Origin: Octopus vulgaris
Lineage: Eukaryota
DNA: 64,000 nt
Direction of reading: 5' to 3'
Assembly (NCBI GenBank): GCA_951406725.2
Contig: OX597815.1
Coordinates: forward strand, 4,340,001 to 4,404,000
The number at the start of each line of letters is the position of its first letter. Positions within the stretch are counted from its first letter, which is position 1. The notes below the pieces were generated by a model, which saw only the letters and a program-made list of their open reading frames with translations, was not told where the DNA came from and searched no databases. Position numbers and translations under genes: made by a program. Shown here piece after piece: positions 1-12,365 of this stretch.

Positions 1-164
1 ATTTGGTATATGGAAACCATGTGTGAGCATGTCACGTGTGTGTGCGTGCGTGTATATATATGTGTGTGTGCGCATGTATATGTGTGTTTGTGTGTGTACA
101 TGTGTGTGTATACACATATATGTACATATGTGTATATATGTATAAATATATATGTACTTAAGTG

Positions 165-624
165 TATTTGAAGAGATCCATTGAGTCAAGTACACCGACA
201 TCAAAATCAATGGAAACTGCAGTTGTGATCCCTGAGCCGGTGGCATGTAAACAGCATCATCTGAAGGTGGCCGATGCCAGCGCCACCTAGATTGGCTTCC
301 GTGCCGGTGGCACGTAAAAAGCGCTATCCGAATCGTGACTGATGCCAGTGCCGCCTCGACTGGCTTCTGTGCCGGTGGCATGTAAAATGCACCAATCCGA
401 TCGTGGCTGTTGCCTGCCTTGCCTGGCACCTGTGCAGGTGGCACATAAAAAGTACCCACTACACTCATGGAGTGGTTGGCGTTAGGAAGAGCATCCAGCT
501 GTAGAAACACTGCCAGATCAGACTGGGCCTGGTGCAGCTTCCTGGCTTCCCAGATCCCGGTCGAACTGTCCAACCCATGCTAGCATGGAGAACGGACGTT
601 AAACGATGATGATGATGATGATGA
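165..624 (+). mobile_element. RTE-type LINE 3' UTR fragment ending in (GAT)n
   Basis: GGTGGCACGTAAAA ~60-bp subunits, then GGAAG(A/G)GCATCCAGCTGTAGAAAC...GGACGTTAAAC(GAT)n. Same family as 21505-22121, which retains an RT C-terminus. Confidence 0.7.
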
Positions 625-668
625 TATATATACACATATGTACATATATATGTACATATATGTGTATA

Positions 669-705
<37 letters not shown>

Positions 706-949
706 ATATATATATATATATGTACTTGTGTTTGTCTGTATATAAATACAAACATATATATGTCATCATCATCATCATTGTTCGACCGTACATATATATG
801 TACTTGTGTGTGTGTGCACACACACACATACATACATATTGAAGAATGGTTGTTTTTTGAATAAATTCTTGCATAAAAGATCATTATTGTAACACGGTGC
901 ACTAACTTTTTCCTCAACCTGGTATATATGTACTTATGTGCATAAATAT

Positions 950-1155
950 GGATTGTTGGCGATTTTTTTTTTCCTACGTCTTCCCTTTCTCATGGACTTT
1001 CCTCTGTCTCTTGCTTCTGAAGAAGAGCGTTTGCTCGAAACGTAAACCAACCTTTCCTTCCTTCCCTTAGCGTCTGCTAATATTTTACACATACTGTGTT
1101 CTTGCGTTGTTGTTTTTACTTGTTGTGTTTCTTCTTCGTATTTTTTAAATTAATT
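950..1155 (+). mobile_element. Penelope-like pseudo-LTR fragment with minimal hammerhead motif
   Basis: CTGAAGA-A-GAGC-GTTT-GCTC-GAAACGTA at 1017-1044, T-rich tail abutting (TA)n; homologous to 37455-37650 and 59245-59450. Confidence 0.6.
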
Positions 1156-1280
1156 TATATATATATATATATATATATATAAATGTGTGTGTATGTGTAC
1201 ATGTGTTTGTGCCAGCATGGAAGGCAGACAAACGATGATGATGATGTGTGTGTGTGTGTGTACATATATATGTGTATCTA

Positions 1281-1315
<35 letters not shown>

Positions 1316-2670
1316 GTGTATCTATCTATGTATGTGTGTGTTTGCTGGATCAGGGATGATTTGATGCCAGACAACAAAAATAGCAGAGACACACAGACAT
1401 ACATACAGTAATACATCCATACATGTATACACACTCAGTGATACATAATACATGTACACACACACAACCAGGCACACACCCACCCACTGCCCCTACACCT
1501 CCCCCACCACACAAGCCAACCTCCGGCTCCAATGACAGTCAGATCACTTATTCCAATCTTCTTATTTACATATTTCCTCTTGTTGTGGTTGTTTTGTCAT
1601 AATTATTGACAAGCCAGTGCAGTGTCTGTCATCTTGTTTCATTCCAGTTCATTCCGGTTCGCTCCAGTAAAGCACATTAATAATTAATTTCATCTAAACT
1701 CTGAAATTACATTATCTTCTCCACAGATCGTAATGTCGTTGTCGTCGTTTTTAAATCCTCAACCGATTTTCTGCTGTGATGGCATTAACCTCTTTCTTCG
1801 GTTTCCTTTCTTCTTTTGCCACCTTTTACAATTCACCATTTATACTCCACTACTCCCCCACCACCACCACCACTATTTTAAAATGGTCAGGCCAGAATGG
1901 AGCAGGCTGGTGGCAGAAATGGGGCAGGGGGGTTATATTCCCCCCACCACCACCACTACCTGAGCTTTTGTCAAAGAAGCTTTTGTTACATTTCTCAAAG
2001 ATAAATTTGAGTTGCCATGGAAATTATTGATTTCAAATTTTAGCGCTAGGCCACCAGTTTGGCTGGGAGGGAGGAAGTTGATTACATCGATCTCAGCTGG
2101 TACTTATTTTATCGACCCTGAAATGATGAAAGCAAAGTTGGCCCCAGCAAAATCTGAACTCAGAACGTAAAGATGGATGGAACACCTCAAAACATTTTAC
2201 TTCACATTCTCATGATTCTACCAGCTCACTGCCTTATTTTGAGCTCAGAATATTTTTTTCTGCTCAAGGCACAAGGCCCAAAATTTGGGGTGGGGGCCAG
2301 TCAATTAGATTGACCCCAGTATGCAACTGGTACTTAATTTATCGACCCTGAAATGATGAAAGGCAAAGTGAACCTCGGTGGAATTTGAACTCAGAACGTA
2401 AAGACAGATGCTAAGCATCTCGCTCAGTGTGCTAATGATTCTGCCAGCCCCACCACCTTTGAGCTCAGAATATTGGTTTCAAATTTTGGCACAAGGCCAG
2501 CAATTTGGGGGAGGGGGTAAGTTGATTACATCGAACCCCCCCCCCCCCCCAGTGCTCAACTGGTTCTTACTTCAGAGACCCAGAAAGGATGAAATACAAA
2601 GCTAACCTCAGTGGTATTTGAACCTCAAACATAAAGACTGACAAAATCCCTTTTAAGTACTTTGCTCAGT

Positions 2671-2898
2671 TTACTCTTTTACTTGTTTCAGTCATTTGAC
2701 TGTGGCCCCACTGGAGCACCACCTTTAATCGAGCAACTCGACCCCGGGACTTATTCTTTGTAAGCCCAGTACTTATTCTATCATCTCTTTTGCCGAACCG
2801 CTAAGTTACGGGGGACATAAACGCACCAGCATCGGTTGTCAAGCAATGCTAGGGAGACAAACACAAACATACACACACACACACACACATACATATAC

Positions 2899-2951
<53 letters not shown>

Positions 2952-3109
2952 ACGGGCTTCTTTAAGTTTCCGTCTACCAAATCCACAAGGCTTTGGTCGG
3001 CCCGAGGCTATAGCAGAAGACACTTGCCCAAGGTGCCACGCAGTGGGACTGAACCCGGTACCATATGGTTGGTAAACAAGCTACTTACCACACAGCCACT
3101 CCTGCGCCT
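2671..3109 (-). mobile_element. tRNA-derived SINE family A, full length with internal (CA)n(TA)n
   Basis: Minus strand starts AGGCGCAGGAGTGGCTGTGTGG (A-box-like) and GGGTTCAGTCCC (B-box-like), ends AGTAAAAGAGTAA; many copies in the window. Confidence 0.85.
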
Positions 3110-3416
3110 AATTGCTAACAATTCTGCCATGGAAATTATTAAATTCCTAAACAGGGTTGGGATATTCGAACCGGTTCCGTTTGGCATCTGACAAACCATT
3201 CAGATCATTTGTAATCAATACTCTCGCTTCTCTCTCCTCCTCTCCTCCATCTCTCACCTTCTGTCTGTGTCCCCTCTTAAGCTCCGCTTCTTGTTACCTT
3301 GAGACTTTGTTCTGTCCCCCCACCCCCCATTACTATCATCTTTATCTTCTTCCCAGCTTCCCCCTTATCTCTACATAATGTGGCATTGTCGGCTGTCCCC
3401 TTTGTAGCAACACACC

Positions 3417-3621
3417 TCTGCTTCCCTCTTTATCAAATTTTAGCCCACTGCTTCCCTCTTTATCAAATTTTAGCCCACTGCTTCCCTCGTTATCAAATTT
3501 TAGCCCACTGCTTCCCTCTTTATCAAATTTTAGCCCACTGCTTCCCTCTTTATCAAATTTTAGCCCACTGCTTTCCCCTTTATCATATTTTAGCCCCTGC
3601 TCTCCCCTTTATCATATTTTA
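3417..3621. repeat. 30-bp minisatellite, ~6-7 copies
   Basis: Unit CACTGCTTCCCTCTTTATCAAATTTTAGCC repeated head-to-tail. Confidence 0.95.
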
Positions 3622-3706
3622 GCTCACTCTTTCTCAACTATTTTTATCCGGCGGACCTCCTTGATTCCTAGTTTACCCTAAGTAGACTTCCAGAGCTATT
3701 TGATGT

Positions 3707-4187
3707 TTAACCCCTTTGTTACCATATCTCTGTTGAGATGCTCTGGGTTTCTTTCAATTACTTTAAATATAACAAAGAATTTAGCAAAATAACTTTGTTA
3801 TCATTAAGCTAGTGTTAGGAACATAAATTGTGACTAAGGTTTGGTGGAAGATTTTAATTCAGAACTTATGAAAACAAGGCATTTGTATTATAGAACCAGA
3901 GGTGGTTTCAGCCAGGTTGGTATCAAAAGGGTTAAGAATTGTTTCTCTGTTATATATTTTAACCCTTTTGCTACCATATTTCTGTTGAGATGCTCTGGGT
4001 TTCTTTCAATTACTTTAAATATAACAAAGAATTTAGTAAAATAACTTAGTTAACATTCAGCTAGTGTTAGGAACATAAATTGTAACCAAGTTTTGGTGGA
4101 AGATTTTAATTCAGAACTTATGAAAACAAAACATTTGTATTACAGAGCTAGAGGCCGTTTCAGCCAGGTTGGTAACGAAAGGGTTAA
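3707..4187 (+). mobile_element. piggyBac-like MITE dimer (two ~220-bp units)
   Basis: Each unit is TTAA-CCC(C)TTT...AAAGGG-TTAA; TTAA at 3707, 3932, 3959 and 4184. Confidence 0.85.
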
Positions 4188-4744
4188 AAGGAAAAAAAAA
4201 AAAAGCATCTTTATGATTAAATATTTTTAGGAATTCTATAAAAGAAATTGTCAAAATATTTTGTGTATTGCAGAAATGTAACTGAATTATTGCAGATTAG
4301 CTTCAGCAATGAAATCTTATGTGTATTGCCAAGGGTCATGTGGACCCCTGATTGTGAATCCCTATTTTAGCTTCCAAACACCTGGCATGAAGCCACCTTC
4401 CCCTCCTTTTCCTGGATGTTAAACAGAGGAAGGGCCAAACCCATTTCCTTGCAGGAAGGAAAAAAATCACATCAAGGAATTTGTTTTGGTTCAAATGATT
4501 TTAGCAGAGAAGTGGGACTCCCTGAGTGATGAGATTACACCAAAAAAGGGAAAAAAAAGACAAGACTCTCTTAGAAAAAAATTGGTATCTATTTCCATCT
4601 GTCCATGTAAATTGGATCAGAGCTGAGTTGATGTTGGACAACAACAACAACATAAAGACACACACACATATATATACACTAATACATCTACACATTGAAT
4701 AATATATACATACACAAATAAATATATTCACAAACACATTGACA

Positions 4745-5317
4745 CATACAGATGACTATAGAAATATACACACAGCTATAGACACATATATACATACAGC
4801 TATAGACATATATACACACAGCTATAGACATATATATACACACAGCTATAGACATATATATACACACAGCTATAGACATATATACACACAGCTATAGACA
4901 TATATATACACACAGCTATAGACATATATATACACACAGCTATAGACATATATATACACACAGCTATAGACATATATATACACACAGCTATAGACATATA
5001 TATACACACGGCTATAGACATATATATACACAGCTATAGACATATATCCACACAGCTATAGACATATATACACACAGCTATAGACATATATACACACAGC
5101 TATAGACATATATACACACAGCTATAGACATATATACACACAGCTATAGACATATATACACACAGCTATAGACATATATACACACAGCTATAGACATATA
5201 TACACACAGTTATAGACATATATACACACAGCTATAGACATATATACACACAGCTGTAGACATATATAGAAATACTGCTATAGACATATATATACACACA
5301 GCTGTAGACATATATCC
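4745..5317. repeat. 22-24-bp minisatellite
   Basis: ACACAGCTATAGACATATAT(AT)AC tandem array, more than 20 copies. Confidence 0.95.
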
Positions 5318-5689
5318 ACATATATAGAATTACTGCTTGGACTCTCAAGGTGGATGTAACTAAAACTACATCTAGTTATCAGGTGACACAAACTGAAGCT
5401 ATAAAATTATCTATATATATCAGGCTGTATATACTAACTGCATCGAACTATGTGTAGAGCTCAGACAGTGTGTATAATTATATACAAGGTCTGCAAATGC
5501 GAGCCCCATGAGTCAGAGAGACTGTTCCGTCACATCTCCCTCGCCACCCTCTGGAACAACATCTTTTCCATTTTCTGGGACCATGATGTGATCTGGTTTT
5601 CAGGAAATTGTTCTTCCCAAACCCCAATTTAAATTCATTACACACGCACACACACGTTTTTCTATTTAAAGGAAAATAAAAATGACCTT

Positions 5690-5958
5690 TAGTTTTTGGA
5701 TTTAATTTGCAAGATTCTTTATATGAGTTCGTGTGTTGAAGCATATTTTGTTGTGGTCTGGGGAGAGCGGTTCTCTTTTAGTGCCTTATTATTTAACACA
5801 CTCACCGGTAAAGTAAACGACTATTGAAAAGGTTGCAAGACACAATGAAAATTTTAGGACAAAATCAGTAAATAAATGAGTGGAAACTTTACCAGTGAGT
5901 GTGTCAAATAATAAGGCACGGCACTAAAAGAGAATGACTATTCCCAGACACAACAGAA
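5690..5958. repeat. Interspersed element with ~70-bp internal inverted repeat
   Basis: Arms ~5747-5814 and ~5886-5958; second copy at 28820-29084. Confidence 0.8.
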
Positions 5959-6385
5959 AATGGCCTTACCATTACCCCACCCCCCCAAAAAAAACTATAC
6001 ACAATTATCTACATAGCTCAGACAGTCTATATAACTCTATATACTTTTCTCTATAGCTCAGACAGTCTATATAAGTATGTACGATTATCTATCATGTGGC
6101 TAGGGTTATAATCCAAGCTGGGTCCTCTTAAAGTACGGTACTTTAAAGTTGTATGTAGATGTTATATTTGTGTGAGGTATAATTGATTATAGTTATACAG
6201 ACTGTCTCAGCTATATAAATAATCGTATACAGTTATTATATAGACAGTCTGAACTATATAGATAATTGTATATAGATTATATAGACAGATATTTGATTCT
6301 CTGTTTGGGTTACAAAATTGTACACAAAGGAGAAATCTGTAAGACCTTCTTCGGACAGAATCAAATACCTGCCTATATAACTATA

Positions 6386-6770
6386 CTAGCAGTATCGCCC
6401 GGCGTTGCTCAGGTTTGTAAGGGAAATAACTATAAAGCATTTTTAGAGAGTTATAGCCAAAAAATAGCAAAAAAATGGGAAAAAAATGATGGTAAATTTT
6501 TTTTGAGAGTTAAAAAAGTTAGAGTTGCGTCCCCTAGACGGTCTGTGGTTTGGGTTTCTAATTCTCGACCCCATGTCGAATTTATCGATTTTTTTCAGAA
6601 CTGGGGGAACTTTTCAAAATTTTCGCTGCGTTAGTTTTGAATTATGACATTGGGCTATGTGTGTGTCAAGTTTCATCAGAATCGGTTGAAAGCCGTGGTC
6701 AGAGTGAGGGTACGAGAAAACAGACACACAGAAACACGCACAGACAAACTGCCGTTTATATAGAGAGAGA
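6386..6770 (-). mobile_element. Non-autonomous Helitron
   Basis: Minus strand A|TC start, subterminal hairpin CCTGAGCAACGCCGGG, CTAG|T end. Confidence 0.8.
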
Positions 6771-6951
6771 TACAATATTTATACAGCTCACGCTGTCTAT
6801 ACAGCTATATACACTTATTTATTAGCAAAAATTTAGATTCAGATGAATATGGCATGTAAGTTGAGGCACCAGAATTTAGTACGGTTTTATCCATACAATT
6901 TCAAAATAAGGTGATTAAAATCAAAATAAGCAACAAGGATATCTAGAGGTA

Positions 6952-7040
6952 ATGCAGTACGATCGTTTCATGCAACTCCATTTAATTGAAGAATGCAATC
7001 ATTACATCAATTTAAAATGTAGAGCAATCTTCAGCTGCAC
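6952..7040 (-). ncRNA. Putative type I hammerhead ribozyme with long stem II
   Basis: GTGCAG-CTGAAGA-(58 nt foldable)-GAAACGATCGTA-CTGCAT; stem I fully paired, stem III is the palindrome ACGATCGT. Confidence 0.6.
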
Positions 7041-7131
7041 AAAGACATAGAATTTAATTGAATTAGAACAGATTTTAGGTATAATTATACTAATGTGTCC
7101 ATCTGTTCTAATTTAATTAAATTCTGTTTTT

Positions 7132-7220
7132 GTGCAGCTGAAGATTGCTCTACATTTTAAATTGATGTAATGATTGCATTCTTCAATTAAATGGAGTTGC
7201 ATGAAACGATCGTACTACAT
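7132..7220 (+). ncRNA. Putative type I hammerhead ribozyme with long stem II (mirror copy)
   Basis: CTGAAGA 7138-7144, GAAA 7203-7206, GTA 7212-7214; stem I GTGCAG/CTACAT has one mismatch. Confidence 0.55.
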
Positions 7221-8186
7221 TACCTCTGGATATCCTTGTTGCTTATTTTGATTTTAATACAGTTATTTATTATATAGCTTGGATAGTCTTTATAAATATA
7301 GACAATTATTTTATATAGTCACAGTCTTTATATGACAGTGCTAACAGAGTCAGGAATGGACACGGACACCTTGTTGGCCCTTCCAAATGTAACCCAGCTG
7401 TCACATCCAGGATGTGATAGATGGTGAGAGAGAGGGCAGCACCAACACTTGACCGATGTTTATCATTGTTGGAACACTATGAAATGAAGTGCCTTGCTCA
7501 AAGACACAATGCACTACCCAGTCCAGGAATTGAACACCAAGACATGCTCATTAGATAAAAATACACTAACCATTGGGTTATGTGTCTCTATGTCTCTACA
7601 ATAGTGTTAAGAAGAATAATAAAGATACTGTTTAATGTTCCATTTTCCCTGCTGGTATAGGTTGAATGGTTTGACAAGAGCCGTCAAGCCAGAAGACTGC
7701 ACCAGGTTCCACTGGTTACCTTGGCATGGTTTCTACACCTGCATGCCTCCTACTCACCCAATCCAAAGCTCTCCTTATCACCTCACTAATTCTCCCCCCC
7801 CTCCCAATATCCTTCAAGGCCATCACTTGACACATCTTTGCCACCCTCTCTCTCTCATCATCATTTCCCTCTTTATCTTACTCTCTGACTCACCAAATCT
7901 CCTTACCTTACTCTCAGACTCCATCTCCTTTCTCTTCCACCTGGGCTGTGTCCATCTACCTACAGCAAGGCACCCATCCGTGTCCCTCTTTAATCTCTCA
8001 ACTGACACAAAGCCACCCACTACTTTAGCACTCCTAAGCCGAAAGGTTCTTTGTCTTGCAAGTTGCTTGGCAACCCTGGTGGTGCTGGTGCCACTTAAAA
8101 TAGTACCCAGTAGACTGTAAGGTGGTTGGCATTAGGAAGGGAATCCAGGTGTAGAAACCACACCAAAACAGACAACGGAACCTGGT

Positions 8187-8491
8187 TCAGCTCCTGGCCT
8201 TACCGGCACCGGGCCTTACCAGCACCTGGCCTTACCAGCACCTGGCCTTACCAGCTCCTGGCCTTACCAGCTCCTGGCCTTACCAGCACCTGGCCTTACC
8301 AGCTCCTGGCCTTACCAGCTCCTGGCCTTAACCAGCTCCTGGCCTTAACCAGCTCCTGGCCTTAACCAGCTCTTGGCCTTAACCAGCTCCTGACCTTAAC
8401 CAGTTCCCGGCCGTACCCAGCTCCCAGCTGTACCCAGCTCCCGGCCATACCCAGCTCCCGGTTGTACACAGCTCCCAGCCATACACAGCTC
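8187..8491. repeat. 15-16-bp minisatellite expanded inside an RTE-type 3' UTR
   Basis: CCAGCTCCTGGCCTTA-like units between the GGAAGGGAATCCAG and CCAACCCATGCCAGC motifs. Confidence 0.9.
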
Positions 8492-8873
8492 CTATCAAAC
8501 CATCCAACCCATGCCAGCAGGGAAAACAGACATTAAATGCTGCTGATGATGATGAAGGTCCTTGTCTGTGTGGATTAATAAAGAGATAATAATAATAATA
8601 ATAATAATAATAATGGTAAGAAGAAGAATAACAATATTTTCTTTATTGACCACATCCAAAAGTTCACAAAATACTGTGGAATAACAACAACAATAATAAT
8701 ATTAATAATAATGATGATGATGATGATGATGATGATGACTATAAACCAATATCTGTTGCAGTGTGTAGACTATTCAACTGTTTTAAAGAATCTCTTCATA
8801 TGTCTGCTGTTAATTGAAGGAAAACAGATTGAGAATAGTTAATTGAATGTAAATAGAAATATAGAGATGGATA

Positions 8874-8911
<38 letters not shown>

Positions 8912-9056
8912 TATTGCATAGCCAGACATAGTAATAATCATATACAAAGCTATGTATAGGAATATATATGCAAACATATACACTTGTATAGCTATATGCA
9001 TATTGCACTATATCTATGTATGTAAGTATAAATTTACATATTCAGGTATATATATA

Positions 9057-9657
9057 TATTTCTTTATTACCCACAAGGGGCTAAACACAGAGGGGACAAA
9101 CAAGGACAGACAAACGGATTAAGTCGATTATATTGACCCCAGTGCGTAACTGGTACTTAATTTATCGACCCCGAAGGGTTGAAAAGCAAAGTCGACCTCG
9201 GCGGAATTTGAACTCAGAATGCAAAGACAGGCGGTATACCTATTTCTTTATTGCCCACAAGGGGCTAAACACAGAGGGGACAAACAAGGACAGACAAACG
9301 GATTAAGTCGATTATATTGACCCCAGTGCGTAACTGGTACTTAATTTATCGACCCTGAAGGGTTGAAAAGCAAAGTCGACCTCGGCGGAATTTGAACTCA
9401 GAATGCAAAGACAGGCGGTATACCTATTTCTTTATTGCCCACAAGGGGCTAAACACAGAGGGGACAAACAAGGACAGACAAACGGATTAAGTCGATTACA
9501 TCGACACCAGTGCGTAACTGGTACTTAATTTATCGATCCCGAAAGGATGAAAGGCAAAGTCGACCTCGGCGGAATTCGAACCCAGAATGTAACGGCAGAC
9601 AAAATACGGCTACGCATTTCGCCCGGCGTGCTAACGTTTCTGCCAGCTCACCGCCTT
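9057..9657 (-). mobile_element. SINE family B, tandem trimer (184-bp period)
   Basis: TATTTCTTTATT starts at 9057, 9241 and 9425; only the last unit carries the head (...CTGCCAGCTCACCGCC). Confidence 0.85.
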
Positions 9658-12094
9658 GTATATATATGTTTATCATCATCATCATCATCGTTTAGCGTCC
9701 GTTTTCCGTGCCGGCATGGGTTGAAGAGAAAAAAATGAGTTCAAAAAGAACAATTCAAACTTTTTTTGGTGGAGGGGATCCAGAAAGAGGTGAGAAAATG
9801 ATTTCTAATAAAGATTCATAAAAAACAGTCAGAGCAAGTGATAAGAATATGGAAATAATATTTGAGAAGTTTCAGGTATAAGTAGAGAAATATACCATAA
9901 ACAAGTATTTTTTTAATTGTTTCAGTCATTTGACTGTGGCCATGCTGGAGCACCGCCTTTAGTCGAACTGATCGACCCCATGACTTATTCTTTGTTAGCC
10001 TGGTACTTATTCTGTCAGTGTCTTTTGCCGAACCGCTAAGTTACGGGGATGTAAACATGCTAGCATGTTTTTTCAACTACCATAAAAATCTCCGAGAAAG
10101 TAACACACTTTTTTTTATGTAGGTAAAAAGAAAAATGATGAATCCACACACCTTCGGTTAATCTCAGACGCATTTCAAATTTAAAGTAAATTTTATTTAC
10201 CTATCATTCTCCTCAGTGTAATGCTCCAAGTTATAAATTTGCAAGTGTTAGGATTAAATATGTATGAGATGAAGCATCGTTGCTTAACTAATATTCAACC
10301 GCACTCCCCTAAATATATACAGCCGAATGGGATACCTATTTAGTTTTTTATACCCACATGTGTGTTACGACCTATCCCGTAGAAAAACTGCAGTTTCAAT
10401 TATGGTGTAAATTATAATTTTAGTAATAATACAGGGTAAATATTAATTAATTAATTCATAATTAATAATTTTACCAAGCAGTCAGTACATTGGAAAAAAT
10501 CCTTTTTAGGTGAATTATACAAAAGATTCTCTAATTATATACATAATTATAATCAGGGGTCAGCTAAGTGCCTCACCAAATACTGAATTAGTAATAGACG
10601 CTAATGTCTTTTCAACTACCATAAAAATCTCAGAGAAAATAACACCCTTTTTTATGTAGGTAAAAAGAAAAGTATTTTAACATGTATAAGAAACTCCTTA
10701 ATTTTTGGAGCTTAAAATTTAGAAAAGAGGTTTTGGAAGGGATTATAATCCTGTCCATATATAAGAAACTCCCATATTTTTAAACCTAATTTTTGGCAAA
10801 AAAGGGTTCGTACAGTGTTTTAAATTCGGGTTTTGTCCCCGTTAACGTGGGTGGCCGGATCTACCTCAATGCCATAGCATGTCCTTGCTTACCCCCCAAC
10901 CTCAGTTTCTAGACATGAGTGGTCCCTGAGACCAAGGCCTCTACGATTATCTTTAAGAAATGTGGTGGAAAACTAACTCAGGAAGGCAGGGATGCTACTC
11001 CCTGAGACCCCTTTTGGAGCCTCACTACTTACATGTTAAAATGCAGTATATCTATCTATCTATCTATATATATATATATATTTATACATACAGACACACA
11101 CAAACACACGGGTGCATGCTTGCTACATATACACACAGAAAGAGGGACACCTTGTATTCCAATATCCTATTCATATTCCTACATGTAAAAATACATCTTG
11201 GAATTTTTTCTCTCCGTCTTTCTCTCTCTCCCCACACATCTTTGAAGAAAGATTTTCTTAAATTAATAGTTAATTAATTAAATAAAAAGTAATCTTAAAA
11301 ACCGAGAATAACAGAAGCTTTTGGAAAGAAGTTAATGTCTTGTGTGTGAGGCCCTTTCCGTAAGTTTTTTTTTTTTTTTCCAAACACTTGTTAGGATATG
11401 TTTGAAAAGCTTAACAATTTGCCAAGTCTTGCAACTTGGTACAATTGACAAATTGGCAAGTGTGAAACTAATAAGGTAACATTCTGACCAGTTGAATGCC
11501 TTGACTAGTCGGATTCTGCAGAATGGTATAAGAAATATAACCATTTGAATGGTCATGTTGATTGCAGGTGGTTTCTCACCTATGGACAACTGATACAATC
11601 ACACACACACACATGTATATACATACACATGCATGCATACATATATATATATATGCATGTGTATGTATATATATGTGTGTGTATGTATATATGTATGTGT
11701 GTCATCGTTTAATCATCGTTTAACGTCCGCTTTCCATGCTAGCATGGGTTGAATGATTTTGATTGAGGGCTGGTGAACCAGACGGCCGCACCAGGCTCCA
11801 ATCTTGATTTGGCAGTTTCTACAGCTGGATGCCCTTCCTAATGCCAACCACTCTGAGAGTGTAGTGGGTGCTTTTTACGTGCCACTGGCATGGGGGCCAG
11901 TCAGGCGGTACTGGCAAAGGTGTATGTATATACGTGTGTGTATGTACGTATGTGTGTGTGTGTGTATGTATGTTTATGTGTGTGTGTGTGTGTATGTATG
12001 TGTGTGTGTGTATCATCATCATCGTTTAACATCCATTTCCCATGCTGGCATGACTTACACATGTGCCTAACAACATACATATGTATTTATATAA

Positions 12095-12365
12095 ACAGGC
12101 CCAGTAGTTAGGGCAGTGGACTCGCGGTCGTAGGATTGCCGTTTCGATTCCCAGACCGGGCGTTGAGTGTTTATTGAGCGTAAACACCTAAAGTTCCACG
12201 AGGCTCCGGTAGTGGGGTGGTGGCGACCCCGGTTGTACTCTTTCACCGCAACTTTCTCTCACTCTTTCGCTTAGCCAGCCGGGTGGCGTCATTTCAAGGC
12301 TAAAACAATGCGAAGCGCATTGTGACCAGAGATGTGTAGCAACATCTGATAGCCTGGTCGAACAC
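12095..12365 (+). mobile_element. tRNA-derived SINE family D
   Basis: GGCCCAGTAGTTAGGGCAGTGGACTCGCGG...GTTTCGATTCC head; body shared with 27498-27812. Confidence 0.8.

Larger units (their letters stand above)
6914..7258. repeat. Long near-perfect palindrome (~160-bp arms, 27-nt loop), probably inverted Penelope-type terminal repeats
   Basis: 6914-7073 is the reverse complement of 7101-7258 with few mismatches. Confidence 0.95.

Noticed and set aside
465-1434. ORFs rich in YIYI/HTHT/VCVC
   Set aside because: Translations of (TA)n/(CA)n microsatellites; the same applies to most of the ORF track.
5821-5860. Hammerhead-like TTGAAAA-GGTTGC..CAAT-GAAA in the hairpin loop (also near 28957-28990)
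   Set aside because: Both copies lack CTGANGA and a credible stem I or stem III.
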